Positions 55,917 through 64,000 of a stretch of DNA of 64,000 nucleotides are shown here, piece after piece (position 1 is the first letter of the stretch; each line of letters starts with the position of its first letter). The stretch comes from Candidatus Woesearchaeota archaeon (lineage in GTDB: Archaea; Nanobdellota; Nanobdellia; Woesearchaeales; DSVV01). The notes beneath the pieces are model-generated. The model ran no database searches. It worked only from the letters and a program-made list of their open reading frames with translations, and was not told the origin of the DNA. The translations under genes were made by a program, and so were the position numbers. The stretch is taken from NCBI GenBank assembly GCA_018661705.1, contig JABJHR010000010.1:66911-130910 (forward strand), in the 5' to 3' direction.

Positions 55917-57866
55917 ATGAAAAAAACAATACTTGTTTTAATAATGGTCTTCTTAGTGAGCATTTCTATGGTTTTTGCTACCGATTGTGTATGGAAGAAG
56001 GTCATGGAGAGCTCTACTGAGTACAAAGGTCTTTTTGAAAATAAAGGCGACGTTTATGTTGCAGAAGCTGGAAAAATTCATTTTTCTGAAGATTATGCAA
56101 CTACATTTGAAGAATATGGTGAAAAAGAAACTTCTACATTTATAGATTTAGAATTAGATGGTAATGATTTAATTGCTGTATCCACAAAAGCAGCGTATTT
56201 AGTAGAGGATGATGGAAAGGAGAAAAAGTTTACAAAGTTTTTTGAAACTGATCCAATGGATAAATTTAGTTTGTTCGTAGCAATTGGTTCTGATTTTTAT
56301 GGTACTGATGGAAGTGAAAAAATAATTTTTAAAGACGGTACAGATAATGAAGACCAAATTGGAGAAGAAACAGCAGCTCTTACTGGTGTTTCTGATATTT
56401 CAGAGATGGTTAATATTGACAAACAATTATGGGTTGTTCCCAAAGCAGATTCAAAGTTACATTATTCCAAAAACCCATTAGACGTTTGGTATACAACTGC
56501 AAACATGGGAAGTATTCAAGACCTAGGGAATGTTAATTCAATTGGTGATAATGTCTATATTACTGGTAGAAAGAAAGGTGAAGATCTTAAAATTAAATTT
56601 ACAGTAACAGATAGTTCTTCATGGAGTGATTATCCTGCACAAATAATTGGTGTTGAAGAATTTAATGCATTATTAATGTTTGAATCTACCAACCCATTTG
56701 CTTTAGTTAAGTTAAATGATGGTTCTGTTAAAATCTATAAACAATATTCTAACACAGAATGGAAAGAATATGGGACTGGATTAGGAGCAGAAATTGTTGG
56801 TGGTGTTAGTTTAATTAAAATGAGTAATGATAAATTACTTCTTTTGGCGAATACAACCGGAGATAAAAATGCATTGTTAAGATGTGAACCAAATAGTAAA
56901 CCTGTTGCTAAAGCGGGCTTAGATCAAAAAGTTTTTGTTGGTGAAACAGTTAAATTGGATGGTACAAAATCATTTGATTCTGACGGTGACAAAATGAGTT
57001 ATGATTGGCAACAACCAGCTGTTGATAAAGTAATGTTAACTGGTGGTACGACTTCATCTCCTGAATTTTTAGCTTCTACTGCTGGAAAATATTTATTTAA
57101 TCTTTTTGTTCAAGATGAGTTTGGTGGAGCATCCTCTCCCGATACTGTTGTTGTTGACGTCATAAAGGGAACAGAATATTATTTAGGGTTAGAATCTGAA
57201 ACCGATCATTTTTCTTGGGTAGAGGGTAATGATTACAAGTTAGGTAGTGTTTTCTTTGATGGAAGCAAACAAAATGATTATTACTTAGCATTTAAATTTT
57301 ATCCAGGAGTTGGTAATGTAGTTAACACACCACTTCCTTTTGCAACAGCAACTTCTACAAGTATTTTCACAAATAAACCTGTGCAGAAAGTTATATTCAA
57401 TGACGTTAATAGTATTAAAATTGCGTCCGTCTACCTTAAGTCTAGTGCAAATTTAGAAGCAAAAGGTGATGATGTAACTTTAAAGATTAGAAAAGGAAGT
57501 ATTGGTGGTGAAGTAATTGCAGAATCTACACAATTTGTTTCAAAGAAAACTTATCCAGAGTGGGTAGAGTTTGTTTTTGCAGGAGCTGGTGATAATGTTG
57601 ATGTTAGCGACGAAGCAGATACAAGCGACGACGTTGATACTGAAGAAACAGAAACAGAAGAAGATACAACAACTACTGACACAACTAAATCTAGCGACGA
57701 CAAAGAAGTAACAACTGATGCAGACGAAACAAAAGATGATGAAACAAAAACAACAAATGCAATGTTTGGATTATCCAAATGGATGGCTGCTGGTATTGTT
57801 GGAGTTGTTTTATTAATAATAATTGCAGTTGTTGTTTTAATATTTCTTTTGGCAAGAAAGAAGTAG
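55917..57866 (+). CDS. Cell-surface protein: signal peptide, beta-rich region, PKD/REJ-like Ig domain, Thr/Asp linker, C-terminal TM
   Basis: NSKPVAKAGLDQKVFVGETVKLDGTKSFDSDGD...Y.WQQ. TM helix followed by RKK. Confidence 0.82.
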   Translation: MKKTILVLIMVFLVSISMVFATDCVWKKVMESSTEYKGLFENKGDVYVAEAGKIHFSEDYATTFEEYGEKETSTFIDLELDGNDLIAVSTKAAYLVEDDGKEKKFTKFFETDPMDKFSLFVAIGSDFYGTDGSEKIIFKDGTDNEDQIGEETAALTGVSDISEMVNIDKQLWVVPKADSKLHYSKNPLDVWYTTANMGSIQDLGNVNSIGDNVYITGRKKGEDLKIKFTVTDSSSWSDYPAQIIGVEEFNALLMFESTNPFALVKLNDGSVKIYKQYSNTEWKEYGTGLGAEIVGGVSLIKMSNDKLLLLANTTGDKNALLRCEPNSKPVAKAGLDQKVFVGETVKLDGTKSFDSDGDKMSYDWQQPAVDKVMLTGGTTSSPEFLASTAGKYLFNLFVQDEFGGASSPDTVVVDVIKGTEYYLGLESETDHFSWVEGNDYKLGSVFFDGSKQNDYYLAFKFYPGVGNVVNTPLPFATATSTSIFTNKPVQKVIFNDVNSIKIASVYLKSSANLEAKGDDVTLKIRKGSIGGEVIAESTQFVSKKTYPEWVEFVFAGAGDNVDVSDEADTSDDVDTEETETEEDTTTTDTTKSSDDKEVTTDADETKDDETKTTNAMFGLSKWMAAGIVGVVLLIIIAVVVLIFLLARKK

Positions 57867-57915
57867 TTTTTTTAATTTTTTATTTCTTTTAATTTAACTT
57901 GTTAAAAAACAAAAA

Positions 57916-58125
57916 TTTGTGAGTGACATGTCCTTCGGACCTAGTGTTGTAGAGATTAATTATTTTCTTTTATGATACAAAAATAACAACAATGGCCAGG
58001 CGAGGTTAAACCGAGTAGTATTTTTTCGACAGAATGGAGAAAAAATGCGTCTGTGCCATTACTTGGTGTTAATCAAGCTTAATAATTCCTGACTTTAGTC
58101 GGAATTATTTTTGTTGTTGTTATTT
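57916..58125 (-). repeat. Element AB A-end plus element C (opposite orientation) with hairpin D inside its arm
   Basis: Closely parallels 55566-55765. D copy is TAATAATTCCTGACTTTAGTCGGAATTATT. Confidence 0.85.
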
Positions 58126-58196
58126 CGTTATTATATTAATTATTAATAGAATTTTCAAACCAACTTATTACTTAAAACTTAGAACTAACAACTTCA

Positions 58197-58802
58197 CTAC
58201 AACCTATGGCCCATTCGTGCTTTCTTTGTTCCTAGATATTTTTCATTGTGTTTGTTTGGTTCAATTTTAATTGGTGTCATTACTGCATGGATTCCTTTTT
58301 CTTGTAATGGTTTTACTTTTTTTAGATTGTTTGTTAACAATCTTAGAGAACCAACTTTGAAATAGTCTTTTAATATTATTGCGCAGGCTTCATAATCTCT
58401 TAAATCTGGAACAAAACCAAGCTCCATGTTAGCTTCTACTGTGTCATAGCCTTTTTCTTGTAATTTATAGGCCTTTGTTTTGTTTTTCAGGCCTATTCCT
58501 CTACCTTCTTGCCCTAGATAAAACAATAATCCATGCCCTTCTTGAGCAATTAACTGCTTTGCTTTAGCTAATTGTTCTCCACAATCACACTTTTTGCTAT
58601 CAAATAGGTCTCCAAACATGCATTCGCTATGTATTCTGCACATAACATTTTCTTGTCTAAACACTTCTCCTTTTGCAAGAACAGAAATATATTCATTAAA
58701 CCGCTTAAATAGGAAGAATTTGGTATCATCCCCTACTTGTGTGGGCAGATTAACTACTTCAACTAACTCTACATCTTCCTTGTCAAAGTGTTCTTTAACC
58801 AT
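58197..58802 (-). CDS. ribA: GTP cyclohydrolase II
   Basis: RIHSECMFGD...CDCGEQL, QEGRGIGL, DTVEAN, LLTNN and KKARMGH motifs. Confidence 0.96.
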   Translation of the reverse strand: MVKEHFDKEDVELVEVVNLPTQVGDDTKFFLFKRFNEYISVLAKGEVFRQENVMCRIHSECMFGDLFDSKKCDCGEQLAKAKQLIAQEGHGLLFYLGQEGRGIGLKNKTKAYKLQEKGYDTVEANMELGFVPDLRDYEACAIILKDYFKVGSLRLLTNNLKKVKPLQEKGIHAVMTPIKIEPNKHNEKYLGTKKARMGHRL

Positions 58803-58882
58803 GGAAAATAGGAAGTGGTTATTGTTTTTAAATGTTATTGATTTAAGTTATGTGTTTTTTAGTTAATATTGATGAGAAAGCA

Positions 58883-59926
58883 TCACTTAGTAAAAAAACT
58901 CTTAATTTTGTCTAAAAAACTATTATTTTTACCATGTGTTATTTCTTGTTCTATTTCAATTTCTTTTTCTTTGTGTTTTACTTTAGTTGACATTTTTTTT
59001 TCTGATTGAATCTCTTTTATATGTTTAATAATATCATTTGTTGACCAATTCTTAACACAATCTTGAATTCTTCTCATTCCAGAAGCATAATAAGCAGAAA
59101 ATGCATCGTTTATTCTTCCTGATTCTAATAGGTTATCAGCAATAACTAATATTTCTTTTTTTTTATAATCTTCTTGAAGTTTTTGAAACCCAAATTTTTC
59201 ACCAATCAATATCATTTTTTTTATTTCTTTGTTTTTTATAAACTTTAGTTCATCTTTTTTAGTAGTTGGATTAGTGATAATTCCTATTTTCTTTCCTACT
59301 TTTTGTAGTTTATCAAATTTTTCTATTAATTTCTTATTTTCATCTTTATTTAAAATGTATTCTGTAGTCTGTACTGTTTTTTCTTTTACCCTTGGTTGAT
59401 TAATTATTGTTTCTCGTAGTGTTATTGGTTCATTTATTTTTTGTTTGTTTAGGATACATAATCCTTCATTTAGAAAATCTCTTTTTTCTTCTAATGTTAA
59501 GTAATCATTGTTTAAACCACGGATTATTAAGTCAATTGTTTTATTTAAAACATTTTTATAATCATGATGGTGAAGTGGTATTTTTTTCAGTGCCCAATAA
59601 TAAAGCATTAGAGCTTCTTTTTCTTTCTTTTCCTTTAATCTCTTCTCTGCAACTTTAACTTGTGTTTCATAAGGTTCCTCTCTTGATGTTACAGCAGGTA
59701 ATTTTTCCCACCCATCCATTGTTCTTAAGAAAGATGACTCATAATCAACATACCCACATTTTGGGCAACTATCTACCCATGAATTATGTGTCTCTTTTAG
59801 ACTAGAAAGTTTGTGGAATGGTTTTTCTGGCTCTTTTATTATTATACCCATACATCCACTCAAAAAACCTTTTCTTCTAGCCTCATTTTCCTGAGAAATC
59901 ATTACATTACATTTTGGACAAATCAT
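58883..59926 (-). CDS. Zinc-ribbon plus helical-repeat hypothetical protein
   Basis: CPKC...CPKCGY at the N-terminus. Confidence 0.65.
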   Translation of the reverse strand: MICPKCNVMISQENEARRKGFLSGCMGIIIKEPEKPFHKLSSLKETHNSWVDSCPKCGYVDYESSFLRTMDGWEKLPAVTSREEPYETQVKVAEKRLKEKKEKEALMLYYWALKKIPLHHHDYKNVLNKTIDLIIRGLNNDYLTLEEKRDFLNEGLCILNKQKINEPITLRETIINQPRVKEKTVQTTEYILNKDENKKLIEKFDKLQKVGKKIGIITNPTTKKDELKFIKNKEIKKMILIGEKFGFQKLQEDYKKKEILVIADNLLESGRINDAFSAYYASGMRRIQDCVKNWSTNDIIKHIKEIQSEKKMSTKVKHKEKEIEIEQEITHGKNNSFLDKIKSFFTK

Positions 59927-59999
59927 ACTTATAGAATAGTTCTGCTATATATAAATATTTCCTCTTTTTGTTAGACTTTTTTCTTGTTTAATGTTTTGG

Positions 60000-60081
60000 G
60001 GAAAATAAATTAATTTTCCGTAATATTTCCTAGTTCTCGAGGAGAAATTAACTTTTTTTCGGGAAAATAACTTTGTTTTCC
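60000..60081. promoter_or_regulatory. Two 20-bp inverted repeats GGAAAATAA...TTTTCC
   Basis: 60000-60019 GGAAAATAAATTAATTTTCC and 60062-60081 GGAAAATAACTTTGTTTTCC. Confidence 0.55.
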
Positions 60082-60303
60082 TCACTCTATAATAGCCTCA
60101 CAGAAACAGAAAGCTTTATATACCTCCTCTTTCAGTGAAATACTTGAGTGGGTAAAGTATTATTGGGAATATTATGTGTAATATAATTCATAATACTATT
60201 TTCGTCGGGCCATCATCCTAATCTCTAAAGTTCGATACTCCCCGGATTAGGATGTTTGGTGTTTTGGGGGTGTCATAGACAATTTATGTGTGTGTGGCAT
60301 TTA

Positions 60304-61167
60304 ATGAGTGGAAATCAAAAAGAGGTTCAATTAAAAGAAGTGTTTAGGGGTAAACATTTCACAGAAAAAGACATTTCTAGAGTTCTCAATCTTTCACAAT
60401 CTAATGCACATTATTTCCGTCATAAACTTCTAAAACAACAGAAAATTGCTAGGATAGCTAGAGGAAAGTATAAATTTACTAGTTCTGAACAAGAATTTAA
60501 GCACGACTCACTTACTCAATACATACAAAAATCATTATCTATTCTAAACAAAAAGTTTGTAATTACAGGAAGCTCTTTCTTTAATAGGTTTTATCCACTC
60601 TCAAACCACATTGTTATTTATGTAGAAAAAGGTTCTGCACAACTATTTCTTGGTTACTTAGCCTCACTCCAGTTAAACTTTGTTGCTTTAGCAGAGCCAA
60701 AAGCAGAAGAGATTGAATTGTTAAGAACACACGCACAAAAACGAAATTTTATAATAATCAGGGAGAAAAACTATTTCTATGGCTCAACAGAAGGAATTGC
60801 TTCTTTAGAAACAGCATTTGTTGATTATTATTTTGAAATTACTAGAAAATTATTACCAATTGAAAATAAGGTAGAAGATGTTCTTGATCATTTACTCGCT
60901 AACCACACATTAAACATTTCCACTCTTCTTAGGTATGCAAAAGAAAGAGGAATTAGAACTGAAATTAAAAATCTGCTAGAAGATGTAAAAATGTTACATT
61001 ATACAAAGCAAGAAAAAGATAAAACGACTAGTGATAGTACTTCTTTAGTTTCTGATAACAAACAAAATACAGATTCTGATTTTGATCCAGAACAACATAA
61101 TTTCCCGGACAAAAAACCAAAATCATTCAGACTAATCAAAATTAATGATGGTGATAATCATGAATAA
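60304..61167 (+). CDS. wHTH protein resembling AbiEi (type IV TA antitoxin/regulator)
   Basis: KI.RIARGKY wing, ITG...F, SLETAFVD and LLRYAKERG motifs. Confidence 0.55.
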   Translation: MSGNQKEVQLKEVFRGKHFTEKDISRVLNLSQSNAHYFRHKLLKQQKIARIARGKYKFTSSEQEFKHDSLTQYIQKSLSILNKKFVITGSSFFNRFYPLSNHIVIYVEKGSAQLFLGYLASLQLNFVALAEPKAEEIELLRTHAQKRNFIIIREKNYFYGSTEGIASLETAFVDYYFEITRKLLPIENKVEDVLDHLLANHTLNISTLLRYAKERGIRTEIKNLLEDVKMLHYTKQEKDKTTSDSTSLVSDNKQNTDSDFDPEQHNFPDKKPKSFRLIKINDGDNHE

Positions 61168-62236
61168 AAATAAACACGCACAACTTTCCTTATTTGTATT
61201 ATTAGGAGTAATTGCTTTGGTCTTATTAGGTGTTTCAGTTTATTTTATTACAAAACCAGCAGCAGTTGTTGAAGAAGATAAACCTGTAACAATTAAAACA
61301 TTTGTTGAAAGATGTTTACAAGATACAACTTTGGGTGGGGCATCTTTAATTGCAGTTCAAGGCGGAGTAATTTATGATGTAGATGAAATGCTTGATACAG
61401 CTGCAATTGATATTGAAAACAAAGTTGCTTATGGTTATTATAATGATAAGAATTTAGTTGTAACAAGAGAAATAATGCAAGACGAGATGAGTGATTATAT
61501 TGAAAATGCATTACCTAGTTGTATTAATAACTTTGAACAATTTGTTGGAACAACTGTTGAACATGGGGAAATTACAGCAGAAACAACAATTACTATAAAT
61601 AAAATAATTGTTACTATTAATTATCCAATTAAATATGATCAAGGAGCATCAGAAGAAACAATTGATCAATTTAATGCTGAGCTTGATTTAAGATTAGGTT
61701 ATATACGAGAGATAATAAATGAAGCAGTTGAAGCACAAATAGATGATCCGTTCTTTATTGATTATACAATGTTAGGACAGATGGCACAAGGATTGCATGA
61801 GTTTAAACATTCTGATGTTGTAATAGGTGGACAACAACCAATCTCAGATAGTATTGATATTATTCCTGTAGATGAACAAAATTATTTGTTAGCAATAAAT
61901 GATTCTGGATTATTATTCTTATCAGCGTTTGAAATCAAACAAAATAATGCTCCTTTGATGGAAATCCTTGAACAATTTGTGGTTACAGAAGGTGAAGAGT
62001 TTATTTTCACAGTAGAGGTTGAAGATGATGATTCTGAAATTGAGTTTAGTGATGATTCAGGAATGTTTGACATCTCTGCAAATGGATTAATTAGATTTAC
62101 ACCAGAAATTCCGGGAGAGTATGAAGTTATAATCACAGCAACAGATCCTCATGGTAATTATGATTCAAGATTAGTTAATTTTGTTGTCGAAGAAAAGCAA
62201 ATTGGAGTAACAAATGATGAGGTGGTGCTTGAATAA
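61160..62236 (+). CDS. Class III signal peptide (pilin-like) protein with C-terminal cadherin/Ig-like domain
   Basis: KHAQLSLFVLLG prepilin-type N-terminus. NNAP...FTP..PGEYEV.ITATD.HG domain. Confidence 0.75.
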   Translation: MNKNKHAQLSLFVLLGVIALVLLGVSVYFITKPAAVVEEDKPVTIKTFVERCLQDTTLGGASLIAVQGGVIYDVDEMLDTAAIDIENKVAYGYYNDKNLVVTREIMQDEMSDYIENALPSCINNFEQFVGTTVEHGEITAETTITINKIIVTINYPIKYDQGASEETIDQFNAELDLRLGYIREIINEAVEAQIDDPFFIDYTMLGQMAQGLHEFKHSDVVIGGQQPISDSIDIIPVDEQNYLLAINDSGLLFLSAFEIKQNNAPLMEILEQFVVTEGEEFIFTVEVEDDDSEIEFSDDSGMFDISANGLIRFTPEIPGEYEVIITATDPHGNYDSRLVNFVVEEKQIGVTNDEVVLE

Positions 62237-62258
62237 AATTAGAGATTAAGATCTAAAG

Positions 62259-62344
62259 CAAAAAATAATAACATTGGTGCTGGTGGGGGTGGGTTGGCTC
62301 CGTCGGAGTACCCGCCAGCTGCCGTTGTTGTTATTATTTTTTGC
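62259..62344 (+). repeat. Element C' variant
   Basis: CAAAAAATAATAACA/TGTTATTATTTTTTG arms and GGGTTGG-CTCC-GTC-GGAG-T core. Confidence 0.7.
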
Positions 62345-62368
62345 ATCTACAAGAACACATAAAAAAAC

Positions 62369-64000
62369 ATGGTAAGAAAAACTAGCAATTGGATGGAGAA
62401 AGCAAAGAAGGTTTTTGCTATTTTGTCAATCTATTTAATGATAGGTATGGTTTTTGCTAGTTCTGTGCTTAGTGCACCACCAGTAACTCCTGAAGATTAT
62501 CCAAGCCAAGAAACAAAACCAACAGAGTTTTGGAAAGCTGTGAAAGCAGGTGGAGAATGGCAGTATGTAGATTGGACAAAATCAAGTCTGAAGGATCCAA
62601 ATTACTGGGTAGAAAATGATATTGATCAAAGTAAAATCCCTCCAGAGTATATTGATAAGATCCCTCCAGAAGTTGTTGATGTAAACAAAGTAATGGATAA
62701 AAGTAAATTAACATCCGATCAACTAGCTTACAGCGAGGATGGAACACCTAATGTAGAAAAAATACCTGATTTAGGAGTATTAGATCAAAAAGAACTATCA
62801 GGTGCAATAAACAAGGCATATGGTACTGAATTAAAGATATTTGTATTACCTGGATCAACTATTAAGAATGGTGTATTAAGAGGGCCTGGACAACCTGGTA
62901 ATTCAAACATGCCTGGTGTTGATTGGAGATTTACAATTGATTTAAAGGATGAAAAAGTAAAGAACGGCTTAAAAGGTGCATTAATCAGTGGGGTTGATTA
63001 TAATGACCAAGGAAAACAATATTCTGGATTCATAGTTTGTGTTAATGATGGGACTTGTACTCAGTTTACTGGCCATGTTAAGGAAATTGCAATTACTCCT
63101 GATGGTGATTTTGTTATAACACCAAAAGGAGAAGGAGAACCACTTGTTATTGGTAAAGGTGGAAATTCTCATTATGTTGTAACTGCTGATGGGCTTATTA
63201 AAGTAGAGTTTGGAGAAAAAACAGACTTTTCATTTAAAGGAGTAAGTTTTGTTGCAGAAGGTACAGATACAACATCTGTTATTTACAATGAGAATGAGAT
63301 GAGAATTTCAGGACCTGTTACTTTTGAAAGTTATTTAGTTAGTGGTTATAATAATGAAGGTGTTTCTTCATTTAAGTTTAAACCAGAAACAGCTGAACTT
63401 GTATCTGTTAAAGTTTCAAATGGTGAACTTACATTTAATGATCCTGATAGAAATGGTGATAGTAGATTTGTAGGTGGGTTTGAAATAAATATTGATGAAA
63501 ATCATATAACTGATTATACACTATTATCTGAAGGAAGTTATTCACACTTAGAAGAATATGGATTAAAGAGATTTACATTAAATGATAATGGTCCACATAA
63601 AGTTAAACTATACTATAAAGATGGTGAAGAAGTATTAACAATAAGAGTAATACTTGCAAAACAAAATATTTTACAAGATAAGTTTAATAATCTTGCTCAA
63701 CATGTGAAAGATGAGAGAGAAAGATTAGAAGAAGTAATGGGGAAATGTAAAGATGATCCTTGTAGAGAAGATATTACTAAGCAATTAGATACATTAGAAG
63801 CAGACTTAAAAACACAATGGGAAGAAGAAATAGTTAGATTAAATCAAGAAGTAGAATATTTCAGAAAAGTACATGATCCTGAAGTTGGTAAAGAACAAAG
63901 AGATGCACTTATTGCAAAAGAAATTGCTGACGAGAAAGCTGATTATGAAAAGAAATTAAAGAAAGCTAAAAGAGCAAAAGACGAAGACAGAATAAAACAA
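62369..64000 (+). CDS. Large secreted protein, 3'-truncated (not in the ORF track)
   Basis: Frame appears open from ATG 62369 to the window end. Signal peptide KKVFAILSIYLMIGMVFA. Confidence 0.8.
   Translation, partial: MVRKTSNWMEKAKKVFAILSIYLMIGMVFASSVLSAPPVTPEDYPSQETKPTEFWKAVKAGGEWQYVDWTKSSLKDPNYWVENDIDQSKIPPEYIDKIPPEVVDVNKVMDKSKLTSDQLAYSEDGTPNVEKIPDLGVLDQKELSGAINKAYGTELKIFVLPGSTIKNGVLRGPGQPGNSNMPGVDWRFTIDLKDEKVKNGLKGALISGVDYNDQGKQYSGFIVCVNDGTCTQFTGHVKEIAITPDGDFVITPKGEGEPLVIGKGGNSHYVVTADGLIKVEFGEKTDFSFKGVSFVAEGTDTTSVIYNENEMRISGPVTFESYLVSGYNNEGVSSFKFKPETAELVSVKVSNGELTFNDPDRNGDSRFVGGFEINIDENHITDYTLLSEGSYSHLEEYGLKRFTLNDNGPHKVKLYYKDGEEVLTIRVILAKQNILQDKFNNLAQHVKDERERLEEVMGKCKDDPCREDITKQLDTLEADLKTQWEEEIVRLNQEVEYFRKVHDPEVGKEQRDALIAKEIADEKADYEKKLKKAKRAKDEDRIKQ

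Noticed and set aside
60205-60255. tRNA fragment (GTTCGA T-loop-like sequence)
   Set aside because: No T-stem or acceptor stem can be formed. Only the enclosing 10-bp hairpin is supported.
580-63172. Numerous 60-140 aa ORFs antisense to or nested in long genes
   Set aside because: Shadow frames with no motifs or promoters, fully inside well-supported CDSs.
1-64000. Diversity-generating retroelement (suggested by GNA-loop hairpins)
   Set aside because: No reverse transcriptase and no repeat pair differing only at adenines were seen. The mutS copies differ at synonymous positions instead.
1-64000. Autonomous IS, integrase or provirus
   Set aside because: No ORF shows recognisable DDE, HUH, recombinase or capsid motifs.

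Overview
AT-rich archaeal chromosome segment, most consistent with a DPANN (Woesearchaeota-like) genome. Archaeal evidence: the L1-P0-P1 and Rpo7-Spt4-S24e-S27ae clusters, BRE/TATA promoters and BHB-intron tRNAs. These sit alongside bacterial-type MutS1, FolC and RibA and many accessory genes. No CRISPR array, rRNA, integrase or transposase is visible. The most interesting signals are non-coding. (1) The last 8-12 codons of mutS occur three times, differing only by synonymous changes, and each extra copy closes a single-gene cassette, which suggests serial gene capture at the mutS 3' end. (2) Dispersed, nested intergenic repeats show covarying stems, GNA triloops and tandem G.A pairs, pointing to structured single-stranded DNA elements (REP/MITE-like) with no mobiliser in the window. 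(3) A palindrome YYACT-N4-AGTAG sits 14-16 bp upstream of the TATA box at nine promoters of accessory genes, a candidate activator regulon. (4) A tRNA-Met(CAT) carries three introns and a tRNA-Ser(GGA) carries two. All family assignments come from motif recognition by eye; no searches were run.
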